Positions 62,787 to 64,000 of a stretch of DNA of 64,000 bases are shown piece by piece. A model generated the notes under the pieces. That model ran no database searches, was not told the origin of the DNA, and worked only from the letters and a program-made list of their open reading frames with translations. Numbering within the stretch: the first letter of the stretch is position 1; every line of letters starts with the position of its first letter. Both the position numbers and the translations under genes were made by a program. Origin of the DNA: an uncultured archaeon (GTDB lineage Archaea; Hadarchaeota; Hadarchaeia; Hadarchaeales; Hadarchaeaceae); assembly GCA_937921735.1 (NCBI GenBank), contig CAKZTQ010000011.1, positions 82,333 through 146,332 on the forward strand, read 5' to 3'.

Positions 62787-63908
62787 CTATCTCCGCACGT
62801 ATGGATAATTTTCCTCCAGCCACTCGTAGGGATCGAACTCGGACGCAAAATAGGTGTACTTCAACCAGTTGTGGGCGGGATAGGCCTGCATCCCCCACCT
62901 GAGGAGCTCGGCGTTGATGTTTACCCAGCTCTCGCCGAGCTTCACGTAGATCACCGCCAGGAGCCTGCCGTATATGTCGCGATAGGGCCCCTTCCCCGTG
63001 GCGTAGTCGTCCAAGTCTAGGTAGACGTGCGACCCCGGCGGGCAGAGGCCGACGATGAAGTCCCTAGCTTGGTAGCCTCCAGGGTTGCCCAGCTCCGGGG
63101 CATCTATGCCGCCCGAGAACCTCACGCTTTCGGTCCTAGCCGCGTAGACGCCGGTTATGGACTCGTGGACCCAGGTCAGGTAGACCGCGATGGTATCGCC
63201 ATCGTAGACGGCGGTGACGGTGCCGCTTGCTTCGTACCACGGCTTTAGCGCTGGTTTCACCACGAAGGAACCGGATAGCCCGCCCACCTCGACCACGTAA
63301 GTCCCGGCGTTTTTCTCGCGCAGGGTGAACGATACCCTCTCGGCCGCCCCGCCCGCGAGCACGACCACCTTGTTGTCGACGACCCTCCCGTTTATCTTCA
63401 GGACCACCGCGTACGAGCCCTCCAGCTCGCCGGCGTTCTTCACCTCGAGCGATACCGTGACCGACCCGCCCACCTCCACCTCGCTCGGCTCGATCTTTAA
63501 GTTGGATAACTCGAACGTCGGGGGCTTGGGGACGCGAACGGTGATGTCCCTAACGAGCCCGTCCGCCCCGATCTCGTGAGTGCCCTCCACCTCCAGCACT
63601 AGGGTGAAGTCGACCGTCTTGGTCTGGCCCCCTGCGAGCACCACTTCCTGCACGTCGACCATTTCACCATCGACGGTCAGCGCCAGCTTGTAGGTCAACG
63701 TGGCCTTACCAGGGTTTCTGACCCTCACGGAGGCCACCATCGGCTGACCCGCGATGGAGGAGTCGGGGAGCTGGATCGAGAGCACCTCGATTTTAGCCGT
63801 CACTTGGCGCCGGGCGAGGGCCCAAGGCAGACATACGGCGAGGACCGCAGCTATCGCCACAATAGCAACAACAATTCTCTTGCCCCTCGATAGCTTCCGT
63901 CCGCTCAT
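62787..63908 (-). CDS. Secreted/anchored thermonuclease (SNase-like) preceded by two CARDB-like Ig-fold repeats
   Basis: 373 aa. N-terminal anchor RIVVAIVAIAAVLAVCLPWAL. Two ~85-aa repeats (VRVRNPGKATLTYKLALTVDGEMVDVQEVVLAGGQTKTVDFTL and LEVKNAGELEGSYAVVLKINGRVVDNKVVVLAGGAAERVSFTL). SNase motifs VYDGDTI, GIDAPE, DIYGRLLAVIYV and NAELLRWGMQA. Confidence 0.8.
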   Translation of the reverse strand: MSGRKLSRGKRIVVAIVAIAAVLAVCLPWALARRQVTAKIEVLSIQLPDSSIAGQPMVASVRVRNPGKATLTYKLALTVDGEMVDVQEVVLAGGQTKTVDFTLVLEVEGTHEIGADGLVRDITVRVPKPPTFELSNLKIEPSEVEVGGSVTVSLEVKNAGELEGSYAVVLKINGRVVDNKVVVLAGGAAERVSFTLREKNAGTYVVEVGGLSGSFVVKPALKPWYEASGTVTAVYDGDTIAVYLTWVHESITGVYAARTESVRFSGGIDAPELGNPGGYQARDFIVGLCPPGSHVYLDLDDYATGKGPYRDIYGRLLAVIYVKLGESWVNINAELLRWGMQAYPAHNWLKYTYFASEFDPYEWLEENYPYVRR

Positions 63909-64000
63909 CGTGACCGATATTAACCTAGGTGGATTTTACCCTGTCGAGATGGTCAATCCTTTACGCCCTTCAGCCAATTCCTGAGATGCGCGCAGAGATC

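Noticed and set aside
62113-62898. 261-aa minus-strand ORF antisense to PAN (and 61871..62545)
   Set aside because: These are shadow ORFs opposite a canonical AAA+ PAN gene.
63953-64000. Minus-strand open frame ending in TGA at 63953-63955 (…DLCAHLRNWLKGVKD)
   Set aside because: Only 15 codons are visible at the window edge. That is too little to call a gene or product.

Overview
This is a densely packed, generally G+C-rich archaeal chromosomal segment. The archaeal assignment rests on sn-glycerol-1-phosphate dehydrogenase, aCPSF1/FttA, TFE, aMBF1, PAN, aTrm56, class-I LysRS, Hef, XPD, an Sm-L37e gene pair, a SecE-Spt5 pair and intron-containing tRNAs. I can support about 75 protein-coding genes, 6 tRNA genes, one SRP (7S) RNA fused almost directly to tRNA-Ser, and one decayed gene. 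Four of the tRNAs carry introns, and two of those carry two introns each. I saw no rRNA, CRISPR array, transposase or integrase. Most of the window is housekeeping: cell division, translation, RNA processing, proteasome, DNA repair, cofactor and amino-acid metabolism. Seven places deserve a second look. (1) At 18.4-23.5 kb there is a type-IV-pilus/archaellum-like ATPase plus FlaJ/TadC-like platform operon. Uncharacterised helical proteins precede it, no pilin or prepilin peptidase is visible, and the ATPase has a Cys-rich N-terminal extension. (2) At 23.7-25.2 kb, next to tRNA-Gly, there is an AT-richer islet encoding two paralogous ferredoxin-like proteins and an MvhD/FlpD-like protein. (3) tRNA-Gly and tRNA-Val(UAC) each appear to carry a non-canonical D-arm intron in addition to the canonical one. 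(4) Next to tRNA-Thr lies a remnant of a bifunctional ADP-forming acyl-CoA synthetase/GNAT (Pat-like) gene with a large internal deletion. (5) At 53-55 kb there are two unknown genes and a HAD hydrolase fused to a degenerate HNH-like zinc ribbon. (6) A site-2 protease, a GG-ended ThiS-like protein and TtuA form a tight cluster. (7) A secreted CARDB-CARDB-thermonuclease protein is encoded near the end of the window. All calls come from reading the translations and folding the RNAs by eye. No database search was run. Several ORF-track starts were trimmed by hand, and RNA ends are accurate to a few nt only.
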